Shown one piece after another: positions 9,603-18,600 of a stretch of 64,000 nt of DNA. Under the pieces are notes generated by a model. That model did not search any database and was not told the DNA's origin. It worked only from the letters and a program-made list of their open reading frames with translations. The DNA is taken from assembly GCA_964388485.1 (NCBI GenBank), contig CAYMAS010000008.1, positions 24,423-88,422 of the forward strand. Direction: 5' to 3'. A program made the translations under genes and the position numbers. Numbering within the stretch: position 1 is the first letter of the stretch; each line of letters begins with the position of its first letter. Source of the DNA: an uncultured Tepidisphaerales bacterium (GTDB lineage Bacteria; Planctomycetota; Phycisphaerae; Tepidisphaerales; Tepidisphaeraceae).

Positions 9603-10190
9603 ATGACTGTCAAAATCGCCACCGTCTACTGGTCCGGCTACGGCCACACGAAGAAGCTCGCCCAGGCCATCCACGAAGGCGTCGGGGCCCAGGAGGGGGT
9701 CGAGGCGCACCTGTTCGATGCCGAGGATCTGCAGGAAGCCGACGCCTTGGCTCCGCTGGACGATTGCGACGCGATCCTCTTCGGCACCCCGACGTACATG
9801 GGCGGACCGGCGGCGAAGTTCAAGGGCTTCATCGACGCCGCCAGCGGGCGGTGGCTCGAGCAGCGGTGGAAAGACAAGGTCGCCGGCGGGTTCACCAACA
9901 GCGGCTCGATGGCCGGCGACAAGCAGGGCTGCCTCCAAGCCCTCCACGTCAACGCGATGCAGCACGGCATGATCTGGGTCGGCCAAGGCGAGATGCCCGC
10001 CCAAAGCGGCGACGACGGAGCCCCGGACAAGGACCAGGTCAACCGCATCGGCAGCTTTATCGGCGTCATGGCCAAAAGCGCCAACGGCAGCCCCGAGGGA
10101 CCCAGCAAGGGCGACCTGGAAACCGGCCGCATCTACGGCGGCCGGGTCGCGACGGTCACAAAGCAGCTGAAACAGGGTCGCGATTTCTGA
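9603..10190 (+). CDS. Flavodoxin-like NAD(P)H:quinone oxidoreductase (WrbA-like)
   Basis: MTVKIATVYWSGYGHTKKLAQAI...AILFGTPTYMGG...GGFTNSGSMAGDKQ matches the WrbA/flavodoxin-like fold pattern. Confidence 0.75.
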   Translation: MTVKIATVYWSGYGHTKKLAQAIHEGVGAQEGVEAHLFDAEDLQEADALAPLDDCDAILFGTPTYMGGPAAKFKGFIDAASGRWLEQRWKDKVAGGFTNSGSMAGDKQGCLQALHVNAMQHGMIWVGQGEMPAQSGDDGAPDKDQVNRIGSFIGVMAKSANGSPEGPSKGDLETGRIYGGRVATVTKQLKQGRDF

Positions 10191-10255
10191 CAGGCTCCAC
10201 AGCTACCAGACGCGAGAGACATCGCTCTCTGCGGACGTCAGAGACTCCTTCAGCG

Positions 10256-10279
10256 TAAAAATGCCCGCTGAACGCGGGC
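10256..10279 (-). terminator. Intrinsic terminator downstream of the 10303..10572 gene
   Basis: Stem GCCCGC(10263..10268)/GCGGGC(10274..10279), 5-nt loop, followed on the minus strand by ATTTTTA. Confidence 0.55.
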
Positions 10280-10302
10280 GGCTGACTCCGCTAGAGGAGC
10301 GA

Positions 10303-10572
10303 TCAGCAGTACGTGTCGATCGCCAGCGGGTAAGGAATCAGGTCCGGTCGGACCAGGTGGAGCTTGCGGAGGCGGACCGTCGACTCGGCGACGTCTTGTG
10401 TCTCCTGAACTTCCTCGGCCTGACTTGGCACCACGACGTCGCAATCGTACATCCCATTCGTCGCCGGCAGATTTGTCGAGTCGGCCTCAGGCGAAACGGC
10501 ATGGGTGCCGATGAAACCAGCAGCGAGAGCGACGATGGTGAGGTGCATCTTCATAACAAGCGTCCGTGGCAA
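10303..10572 (-). CDS. Small secreted protein (signal peptide MKMHLTIVALAAGFIGTHA)
   Basis: 89-aa ORF with an N-terminal hydrophobic signal and two Cys, followed by a terminator-like hairpin. No family recognised. Confidence 0.5.
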   Translation of the reverse strand: MPRTLVMKMHLTIVALAAGFIGTHAVSPEADSTNLPATNGMYDCDVVVPSQAEEVQETQDVAESTVRLRKLHLVRPDLIPYPLAIDTYC

Positions 10573-10714
10573 AGATTCCGCGACGCTCTAGGGATAACCC
10601 AAAGGCGACCCCTCGGCAACCCGAAGGTTGGCCGACGACACGGAATTTCTTCGGAAGTCGTCCAAACGACCCTCCAGAGACCCTCTGATGAACCGCTGAA
10701 CGACGGTTTGCGGC

Positions 10715-11206
10715 TTAGGTGACGTCGTCTACTGGCGACGAATCGTCCGGTGTCTCCGCTTCGTGAACCGCCTTCGCCCCCGCGGCGGCTCCACCAGCGC
10801 TGGTGACCGCCGTCAGCAAAGATCGCACGATCATCGGCTTGAGCATTCGAAACCCGAACCCGAAGGCTCGCTTGCCGAATCCTCCACTGGAACCGCCCTT
10901 GACCGTCGCGGCCTTGGCTTCCAGACGAGCCGCACGCTCCAGGATCCGCAGCCGCTTGGCTGCCTGCTGCGTCGGGCTCGGCACCACAATCAACGCCGCC
11001 ACCAGGCCCAGTCCCGCCGCAATGCCGGTCGTAGCGAGCGGGTGCTGCTTGACGAGACGCCCGGGTTCCACCGCGTGCTTGAGGTGCGTCGCTAGGTCGC
11101 TGCCCGCGGCGGTCATCGCCAGACGCGCGTGCTTGGCCTCGTGACGCAGCACCCGGCCTTGGCCGGCATGGGGGGAAAGCTCGTTTGCTTGGTCGATCTC
11201 AGGCAT
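10715..11206 (-). CDS. Membrane protein, YqjK-like position in a YqjD/E/K-type trio
   Basis: 163 aa, one central TM (TTGIAAGLGLVAALIVV). Overlaps the upstream gene by 8 bp. Third gene of a DUF883 / DUF1469 / small-membrane-protein arrangement. Confidence 0.5.
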   Translation of the reverse strand: MPEIDQANELSPHAGQGRVLRHEAKHARLAMTAAGSDLATHLKHAVEPGRLVKQHPLATTGIAAGLGLVAALIVVPSPTQQAAKRLRILERAARLEAKAATVKGGSSGGFGKRAFGFGFRMLKPMIVRSLLTAVTSAGGAAAGAKAVHEAETPDDSSPVDDVT

Positions 11207-11720
11207 CGTTGGCCTCCTTCGTGACTTGAGCCTGCCGGGCCCGGACCTCGGCGTCAGTGCCGAACGATGCCCGCTGCCTCGCCAGCCGCTCCTCGTAGGC
11301 CTTGCGAGCCGAGGCCGCTCCCGAAGAGGCGATCATCTTGATGCCGATCCAGACGATCAGCGGGGCCCCGATCGCCCCGACGAGGCCGACCAGCACGTAG
11401 CCGAGCCAGCCCCAGCCGTCGGGCATGGGTGCCGCCAACGCCATCGCCAAGCCGACGACCAGCAACGCAGTTGCCGTAACGAGGGCCGTGATGCCGATGA
11501 GGGCCACGACGGCCAGCAGCACCAGCAGCAGCACCAGCCGCTTGATCGAATACGCGACCCCGCCCAGCTTGGCCGAGACGTACTGCGACGCGTACGCCAG
11601 CATCTCCCTGGCCGCCGAACCCGCGTCGCGGAGGTCGTCCACCGGCGTCCGGGGTGATGGCGGTGGGGGTGGCGGGGGTGGTGGGGGATTCGGGATGGGG
11701 TCAGCGGCAGGGTCTGCCAT
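11199..11720 (-). CDS. Holin-X/YqjE-like (DUF1469-type) membrane protein with poly-Pro N-terminus
   Basis: 173 aa. PNPPPPPPPPPPSP, then two long TM helices and a charged helical tail. This is the pattern of the 'phage holin family'/YqjE proteins found in stress operons. Confidence 0.55.
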   Translation of the reverse strand: MADPAADPIPNPPPPPPPPPPSPRTPVDDLRDAGSAAREMLAYASQYVSAKLGGVAYSIKRLVLLLVLLAVVALIGITALVTATALLVVGLAMALAAPMPDGWGWLGYVLVGLVGAIGAPLIVWIGIKMIASSGAASARKAYEERLARQRASFGTDAEVRARQAQVTKEANDA

Positions 11721-11751
11721 TGAGGTGGAGAGTCGCGAGGGTGAAGAAGGA

Positions 11752-11823
11752 CCGGCTATCGGTTGATTTTGATGCCCGGCTATCGGTTGATTTTGATGCC
11801 CGGCTATCGCTTGATTTTGATGC
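11752..11823 (-). repeat. 24-bp x3 perfect-phase tandem repeat that includes the stop codon of the DUF883-like gene
   Basis: Units 11752..11775, 11776..11799 and 11800..11823 (ccggctatcg[g/c]ttgattttgatgc). The minus strand reads GIKIKR* PGIKINR* PGIKINR*. Confidence 0.95.
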
Positions 11824-12058
11824 CCAGCAGCGAACCGACGCCCGCCGCCACGGCCAACGCGGTGAGGGGCCGATCACGAATGACGCGTTGGAGCCCACTG
11901 ATCAAAGCGGGCCCGGGATTCTGAGTCGCCCGCTCGCCGGCTTCGAGCGGATCGCCAGCTGCTGGGGCGGTGAGCGAATCGTCCGCAACAGGCACCGCCG
12001 GCTGGACGGGAGGCGACGGGATCTCGGATGTCGGCGGGATTTTGTACGAGGCCGGCAT
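11804..12058 (-). CDS. DUF883/ElaB/YqjD-like tail-anchored protein (candidate)
   Basis: C-terminus RDRPLTALAVAAGVGSLLGIKIKR resembles the conserved ElaB/YqjD membrane anchor. ATG at 12058 gives 84 aa. The remainder of ORF 11804..12859 looks like antisense junk. Confidence 0.45.
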   Translation of the reverse strand: MPASYKIPPTSEIPSPPVQPAVPVADDSLTAPAAGDPLEAGERATQNPGPALISGLQRVIRDRPLTALAVAAGVGSLLGIKIKR

Positions 12059-12229
12059 CGCAGCCAACCTAACGCCAGCCCGACCCAAGCGGCAACCCGT
12101 GACGTGTTGCGGCTCGACGTGTTGCCGCTGTGCGTCGGAAACCGGATGTTGCCGACCGCTCGCGAATCGGTACATTGCCGCGACGGCACGAGGAGGTGCC
12201 ACCAGCCCGTTCGGGCGATGTAAAGAGTT

Positions 12230-12673
12230 ATGGGCATCCGCGAACAGATCAACGAGAAACCCGCCGTCGCCACCGGCATCACGGCTGGCGTGCTGTTCCT
12301 GTCCCTGCTCTTCATGCTCTACCAGCTGGGCTTCTTCAGCAGCGGACCCAGCGTCGCGGAGGTCTGGTACTGGGAAGGCGGCGACGAGTACCGCGTCGGT
12401 GAGCTCACCGAAATGTACGAAGACGACTCCGCCTCCCTGATCCGGGCTCACCGGTACGTTTTCGAGGAAGGCGGCGAACCGTTCGTGCTCTACCTCAGCC
12501 GCGTCGCTCGCGACGGATCCAGCGAAGAATACGGGGGCTACGACTTCCTCGAAGTCCGCACCAGTGCCGATCCGACCTGGATTCCCATGGACAGCGAAGC
12601 CGGCTACCAGATCACGACGCCCCCCGTCGGGCCGAACGGCGGCCGGGCCATCGAGTTCACGCCCGACGATTGA
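12230..12673 (+). CDS. Membrane-anchored hypothetical protein
   Basis: 147 aa, N-terminal TM (TGITAGVLFLSLLFMLYQL), acidic soluble domain, good codon bias. No family recognised. Confidence 0.55.
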   Translation: MGIREQINEKPAVATGITAGVLFLSLLFMLYQLGFFSSGPSVAEVWYWEGGDEYRVGELTEMYEDDSASLIRAHRYVFEEGGEPFVLYLSRVARDGSSEEYGGYDFLEVRTSADPTWIPMDSEAGYQITTPPVGPNGGRAIEFTPDD

Positions 12674-12768
12674 TCCTCGCCGGACGATGAGCGACAGGTT
12701 GACGCGTTGCGCTTCGGCGGCCGCCGAGGGTGGCTCTCGGCGTTGCCGCGGCGGCAGGGTCGGAGGCC

Positions 12769-12787
12769 GGCGCTCCACGTGGAGCGC
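12769..12787. repeat. GC-rich palindrome GCGCTCCACGTGGAGCGC (copy 1)
   Basis: Perfect 18-bp palindrome at 12770..12787 with a CACGTG core, in a convergent intergenic region. Confidence 0.9.
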
Positions 12788-12830
12788 GCGAAACGTCGAT
12801 TGGCCACGCCGGCGGGGGTCGATCGGGTGG

Positions 12831-12854
12831 GCGGCGCTCCACGTGGAGCGCCGC
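12831..12854. repeat. GC-rich palindrome GCGGCGCTCCACGTGGAGCGCCGC (copy 2)
   Basis: Perfect 24-bp palindrome. Shares the 19-mer GGCGCTCCACGTGGAGCGC with copy 1, 64 bp away. Confidence 0.9.
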
Positions 12855-13009
12855 GACACGTCCGGCGGCGGTCATGGACGTACAGAAACCAGTCGCAAAA
12901 ACCCTCGCCAGATGCAGGTCGCGTGCAGATTCCGCCCGCCAAAGTTCAGGCGGCGGTCGGGTTTTGGATCGTCTCATGGGACGACAGGATGTCACAGCAC
13001 CCTGAACCC

Positions 13010-14020
13010 TCAACCCGGATCCCGACCCTCCAGCAACGCCGTCGCCCGTCGGATCGCCTCGGGCAACGCCTCCGCCACCTCCGCGTACCGCACGTCCATC
13101 GGCCGAATCGCCGACTCACCACCCGACCGCGTGCTGCCGAGGAGGAAGCCGCTGTCGATAAGCTGCTGCTCCACCGCCGCGGACGCGAGATAATCGACTA
13201 GCTGCTGCGCCCGCGGATCGACGGTCCCAGGCTGGCGAACAAGGGCGACCGTCGTCGGAATCGTCAGCGTGCCCAGGCCGCCCTCACCCTGATCCAGCAC
13301 GATCGCCCGCAACCCGGCATCGAGGTTGTCGTTGGCGGCGAAGACGTCGTCGTTGTCCGTCAGGCCCAGATCCGCGTCGCCGACCGCCACGGCTTCGGCG
13401 GCGTGAGAGTTGCCCGCGACGAGCCGAGCCCCATTAGCGTGCAGCCGCCGGAACAAGTCGTCTGCCGCCTCCGTGCCGACCGTCGCGTAAATCGCCGCCA
13501 CGTGGCTGCCGGTCGTTCCCGCAGTCGGCCTTGCGATGACGACCCGGTCCCGGAACCGCTCGTCCGCCAGATCCTCCATCGTCAGCTCCGCCGGCCCGTC
13601 TTCGTCCACCGCTACGACCCGCGCCCGCACGCCGTTGCCGTGCCACCTCGCATCAGGATCCGCGTACGTCGGCAACAAGGCCGCCACCCCCGCCACCCCC
13701 GCCACCCCCGCCGGCACGTACGGCACAAAGAGCCCCTCGTCCGCCAGCCGAATCGTGCGGAACGGCTCGTTGCCCCACCAAACGTCCGCCACCGGCCGGT
13801 CCCGCTCCGCCCGCAACCGCTCGGCCAGGCCGACGCTCTTGGTCGCCTCGGTATCGGTCACGAGCCGGACAGCGATGCCGGTGTCGCGGGTGAAGGCTTC
13901 GAGCACCGGCTCGCTGTACCGGCTGTCGACGCTCGTGTAGAGCACGACCGGGTCACTCGCCTCCTCACCACAGCCGAGAAGCCCGAAGGTCAGGAGCACC
14001 GACAGGAACAGACGCTTCAT
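13010..14020 (-). CDS. ABC transporter substrate-binding lipoprotein (family 1, Fe(3+)/FbpA-like)
   Basis: MKRLFLSVLLTFGLLGCGEE contains a lipobox. VVLYTSVDS...AFTRDTGIAVRLV...ADVWWGNEP is typical of iron(III)-type SBPs. ATG 14020 preferred over the 14158 extension. No permease or ATPase adjacent. Confidence 0.75.
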   Translation of the reverse strand: MKRLFLSVLLTFGLLGCGEEASDPVVLYTSVDSRYSEPVLEAFTRDTGIAVRLVTDTEATKSVGLAERLRAERDRPVADVWWGNEPFRTIRLADEGLFVPYVPAGVAGVAGVAALLPTYADPDARWHGNGVRARVVAVDEDGPAELTMEDLADERFRDRVVIARPTAGTTGSHVAAIYATVGTEAADDLFRRLHANGARLVAGNSHAAEAVAVGDADLGLTDNDDVFAANDNLDAGLRAIVLDQGEGGLGTLTIPTTVALVRQPGTVDPRAQQLVDYLASAAVEQQLIDSGFLLGSTRSGGESAIRPMDVRYAEVAEALPEAIRRATALLEGRDPG

Positions 14021-14084
14021 AGCCGATGATAACGTGCGATGGACCGACTCGGCCGTGCAACGTCGCGTGGAGCGTCGACGCTGT

Positions 14085-15645
14085 TCAGGCCGAGCGGCTG
14101 TTGTTGCCGAAGGTGCTGGCGACGCGGAGCACCGGCGGTTGGACCAAGGCCACCGCATCCAGCGGGGCGGCGTGGCGGATCGCGAAGTCGATCGTATCGC
14201 CCGGCAGCAGCGTGACCTGCTGATCGCTCACATCCGTACGCGAGTCAAGCCGATCCGCAAAGAGGCAGACGTCGCGTAGCAGAGACCCGGCGGCACGTCG
14301 AACTTGGCGAGCGACCGTGGCGCGACTGCGACGGCCTCGACGTGCTCATCGAGCGTCTTGCCCGCCAGATCGACCCGGCGCAGCCGGCAGTTTGCCGCTG
14401 ATCGGCAGGAACGGCGCGTGCGAGCGTGGGCCAGGCCGGTGGGCCGTGATAGCCGAACTCGGTGGCCATGCGTGGGTAGTGGCCCAGGTATCTGCGGTAC
14501 TGACCGTCGCCGCCCCAGACGCGGAGCATGTTCATGTTCGCATCGCAGGCGAGCGTCACGCGATGCCGATACCGCTGGCGGGTGATGCGGTGCGGGAAGC
14601 AGTCGTCGGGAATCCAATTGGCCCCTTTGCAGTAGATCGGCTTGTCGTTGACGAGGAGCGTCATCGTCGCGCCGCGCTCGTCGGGAACGGGATTGCCGAA
14701 TGCCTTGGGATCGGGCGACGTGTCGAGCCGGCTGGTGCGTAAGCCGATGCGACGGTGCCACGTTTGACTTGCGTCCGGGAGCGTGACGGTCAGGTCGTAC
14801 AGCGGCTGCTCGCCGTGGCCCAGCGGCCACCATAACGCCGGCGACGCAGCCCTGAAGGTCAACGGCGACTCGCCTTCGATCGTCTCGTCGAACCCGTGGC
14901 CGCTGAGCCGGGCGACGACTGGCCGCGTCTGCCCTTCGAGATCGACGTGCACCTCGACTTGTGCGAAATCCGCCGATGGAAGCGTCACCCGAGGCCGAAC
15001 GCTTGCCAGTCGCGTCGCGTCCCACGCCTCGATGCGGATCGGCCGCCAGATGCCGCTCGTCGGTACTTCCGGGCCCCAGTCCCAGCCGAAGTTGCAGGCC
15101 ATCTTGCGGACGTGGTTGTACGGATGCCGCCGTCCTGGAACGCCGCCTCGGTGAGGCAGTGACCCTTGTTCGGCTTCCTGCCGCCTCGCGAAGGGCACCG
15201 GCGCCGCAAACTTGATCGCCAGTCGGTTGTCGCCTTCGGCGAGCATCGGCCTGATGTTGAACCGGTGAACGACGTACATGTTGTCCGCCTTGCCGATCAA
15301 TTCGCCGTTGAGCGTGAGCGTCGCGAACGTGTCGAGGCCGTCGCAGACGAGCTCCACGTGCTCCGCCTTCAGCAGGGAGGCGTCGAGAAAGAAGGTCGTC
15401 TCGTACCGCCACGTCGTATGGCCGATCCAGTGCTGCTTGAGCTCGTTGCCGGCGACGTACGGGTCATCGATCAGGCCAGCGGCCAGAAGGTCGGTGTGGA
15501 TGCAACCCGGCACGGTGGCCCCCATGCTCGTGTTCTTCTGAAACACCTGCTTCAAGGGCTCCGGCACGTTGTCGGGCCCGTCGACGAGGTGCAGCGTCCA
15601 CGAATCAGAAAGGGTCACGGTCTTCCTGAGGAGCAACGTAGGCAA
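14085..15645 (-). pseudogene. Decayed GH2 beta-mannosidase (internal deletions plus at least 2 frameshifts)
   Basis: The N-terminal ~380 aa are beta-mannosidase-like up to NMNMLRVWGG. The sequence then jumps to the nucleophile block (ATEFGYHGPPAWPTL). Homology continues in a second frame (RRVDLAGKTLDEHVEAVAVAPRSLAKFDVPPG) and a third (DVCLFADRLDSRTDVSDQQVTLLPGDTIDFAI...stop 14085). Total is about 520 codons versus about 840 expected. Confidence 0.65.
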
Positions 15646-15655
15646 AACGTTGCGA
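15642..15655. promoter_or_regulatory. LacI-type operator-like site GCAAAACGTTGCGA
   Basis: AACGTT-centred imperfect palindrome overlapping the start of the beta-mannosidase remnant. Member of the recurring motif family. Confidence 0.45.
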
Positions 15656-15696
15656 CGGCCATGCCGGCTAGCCTCTTGGACCTATGTCTGAACGCA

Positions 15697-18600
15697 TCAG
15701 ACGTCCAACGCATTGCCTTCGTCATCGAACAGACTCCTGATGGGCGAGGTGACGCCCAGAGCGCGTCCGGTATGCTCGACTCGCTTGTCTTCGAAGGCAT
15801 TGCCGGTTGACGCATCGGACGAACTCGAGGGCAGCCGGGTGACGCGTGTGAAGGTCGAGACCGGCTCCGCCGCGTCGGCGTCGGACAGCCGCATCCTGAT
15901 GGTCACGCGGTCGTTGACCTGGACGTTGCCGAAGCCGGTGACGTATTGACCGTTGAGCGTCAACGAGTGGCCATCGGGGACGCGGTAGGTGACGTCGCGG
16001 GAGCCGGCGATCCAGTTGTCGACGATTTGGTGTCGCCGGATCGCCTGCGGGTCGAGGTTGTAATCGACGTTGGCCGCATCCCATTGGTCACGAATGGAGC
16101 GGCCGTTGGAGTCGTTGCTGTCGAAGAGGTCGGTGCGGACGGTGATCGTTCGCTGGCCTCCGTTGACGGAGAGGACGCGACCGGACCGCCAGATGGAATC
16201 GGCTTCGTAGTAAGCCGCCCGTTCCTCGTCGCCGGTTGTGAAGTCGACGACGCGGATCCGCTCGGTCGGCACCACGCCGTTGCCGCCGGAGAGGTCGTCG
16301 AGCACGAGGACGAGTTCCTCCATGACGTTTCCGTCGCCGATGAAGCTGCCGTCGATGGTGATCCCGTTGCCGAGGTTTCGGGAGAAGGTTTCGGACAGCT
16401 GGTCGCCGCTTCGAGTGGTGATCTCGGGCCAGACGAAGTTGTGGTTCGGCGCGAGTCTGCTGAGGCGTGTGAAGGCGGCGACTTTTTCGCCGACGACGAC
16501 GTCTGCCAACGAGCCGGCGTCTCTGTCGTCCTCGTAAACGGTGTGGGCGAGCTTGTCGAGGCGGAGCGATCGGCCTTGCCAATCGACCAGCACGTCGTCG
16601 CCGTCGATCGAGGTGACGGTCGCGTTGGCGAGCATCACGATCGGGTCGTCGGCCGAATCGGTCCGCCGTTGCTCGAGCGTCGACATCGTCGTATCGCCGG
16701 TCCCGCCTTGATCGAGCAGCTCGATCAGTTGGAACTCGGTGTCGTTGAAGTTGTTGACCGCTTGGAACGCACCGCCGCTGACGTCTTGGACGATGTTGTT
16801 CTCGTCGACGAGGTAGAAGATGTTCTGTCCGCCCCCGGCGAAGAGTCGGTCCTTGTAGAGCTGCTCGTTCGTATCGATGTAGACGTCGATGTCGTCGATC
16901 TGCGGGTGCTGCACGAGCACCTGCGAGAGACGGCGAGCGCGTTCCTCTTCGTCCCACGAGTGATGCTGCTCGTCGGGCCCCTCGGTCTTCGTGTAGTCGT
17001 TGTAGTCTCTGGCAGCGTAGTAGAAGTCGTGAATGGTGGTGGCGGTGAACTTCCAGTCGATGGCGTCGCCGAAGTTGTCCAGCGCCAGCGGGATCATGCC
17101 GATGCCGCGGGCGAACGGGATGTCGGTGCCCGCATTGGAGAAGAGGATCAGCGGCTTTCCATCGCGTAACTCCTGCACCGAGACGATCCCGGGTTCCGAC
17201 GTCGGCCCCTCGAACTGCGACTTGACGGTCGCGACCGGCTTGCCCGACGCGTTGTTCGAAACGTCGAAAGCACGCATCGGCCAGAGGTACTCGAGCACGC
17301 CTTGCTCGGTCAGAGGCCGACGAAAGCCGACATCCGGCGTCCCGACCTCGTTGAACGTGCTCGACTGACGCACATCGTCGAACTCCCGCACGTGAAAGTC
17401 CGGCAGCGACTCGCCGATGAAGCGTTCTTCGGTCCCACTCACGCGGTCGAAGGCGAAGCCGACGACATTGTCTCGCAGATCGAGCGGGTGCAGTCCGAGG
17501 TGGGCCGGCAGGAAGCTCTCGCCGCCCGATTTAGTGTTCTTGGCGATGCGGTAGTCGCTGATGTTCTGGACGTCCTCGCTCGTGAGCAGGCCGCTGACGT
17601 AGCCGTTGCGAAGGCTGGCGAGGCCGCGTGATTCGTCGACCTTCTCCGAAAGCATCAGGTCGCGATCTGCTTCGGCCTGGTCGAGCTCGGCGTCGGTCAG
17701 ATTCAGTTCATCGGCGAGGTAATGATCGTGGCCGCCTCGCTCGACGTCGCGGCCGATGGCGTACCAGACGCCGACGACGACGCTGCGAAAGGGCTCTTCG
17801 GCGGCGGTGAAGGGTTGGCCGTTGATGAACTTGTCGAGCAACTGCCGTCCGCCGCCGGTATCGATCCACGTCTCCAACGCGGCGGCGGCTTGCGGATAGC
17901 GGCTGTCGGCGGCGGTGGTGTCGGCCGTGTCACGCGTCACATAAACACCCGCCGCCAACTGCAAGTCCGCCAGCAGGCCCGTCGGCTCCGGCTGCTGTTC
18001 GATCTGATCCACCCAGAACTGCGGCGTCTGCCCGTTGCCCGTCGGTGGCGGATCGCCACCGCCGCCGCCCGTCTTGCTGCTCTCGGGCACGTTGCCGCTG
18101 GGCGTATAGCTCGACGACGAGTGCAGGACGATCTGGTCGAAGTCGAAGCCGTTCTCCCGCATCCAGACGTTGATCGTGTGAACGCCGATGCTCGGCACGT
18201 TGACCGTGGCGACCGAGCCGTCCATCGTGTTCTGGTTCCAGTTGAAGTTCACGCCGTACCCGTTCATCTGGTCGGCGGTCGAGACGGCCGAGCCGTTGAT
18301 GCCGACATGAAGGCTGTCGCTTTCGCCAGGATCGCTACCGCCGGCTCGGCCGTGGACCCAAACGTAGTGGGTGCCCGTGCGGTTGAACTCGACTTCGAAG
18401 TCGAGCCGCGGACTCTGCGACGACTCGTTGGCCTCGAACCGCTTCTGCGTGTCGTCCGGTCCGGCTTCCATGTGATTGCCGCCGTTGCCGCCGGACTTGC
18501 TGGTCCAGCTGTATGGATTGCGGGTCACGCTGTTGGCGAAGCTCTCGGCCTGCATCGAGACGAGGCCGCTGCTGTTCTGTTGGAATGCACCACTGCCGCC

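Noticed and set aside
11199-11720. Prophage lysis cassette (holin)
   Set aside because: The holin-X/DUF1469 label reflects family naming only. No endolysin, spanin, capsid, integrase or att-like repeats are nearby, and the context matches the yqjDEK-type stress operon.
11752-11823. CRISPR array or minisatellite mobile element
   Set aside because: Only three directly abutting 24-bp units with no spacers, no cas genes and no terminal inverted repeats. It is a simple tandem duplication.
12059-12859. Upstream 267 codons of ORF 11804..12859(-)
   Set aside because: It overlaps the better plus-strand gene 12230..12673 and the palindrome region. Only the last 84 codons (from ATG 12058) look protein-like.
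14021-14158. N-terminal extension of the SBP ORF
   Set aside because: Arg/Ser/Thr-rich, and it precedes a textbook lipoprotein signal starting at ATG 14020. It would also overlap the mannosidase remnant tail.
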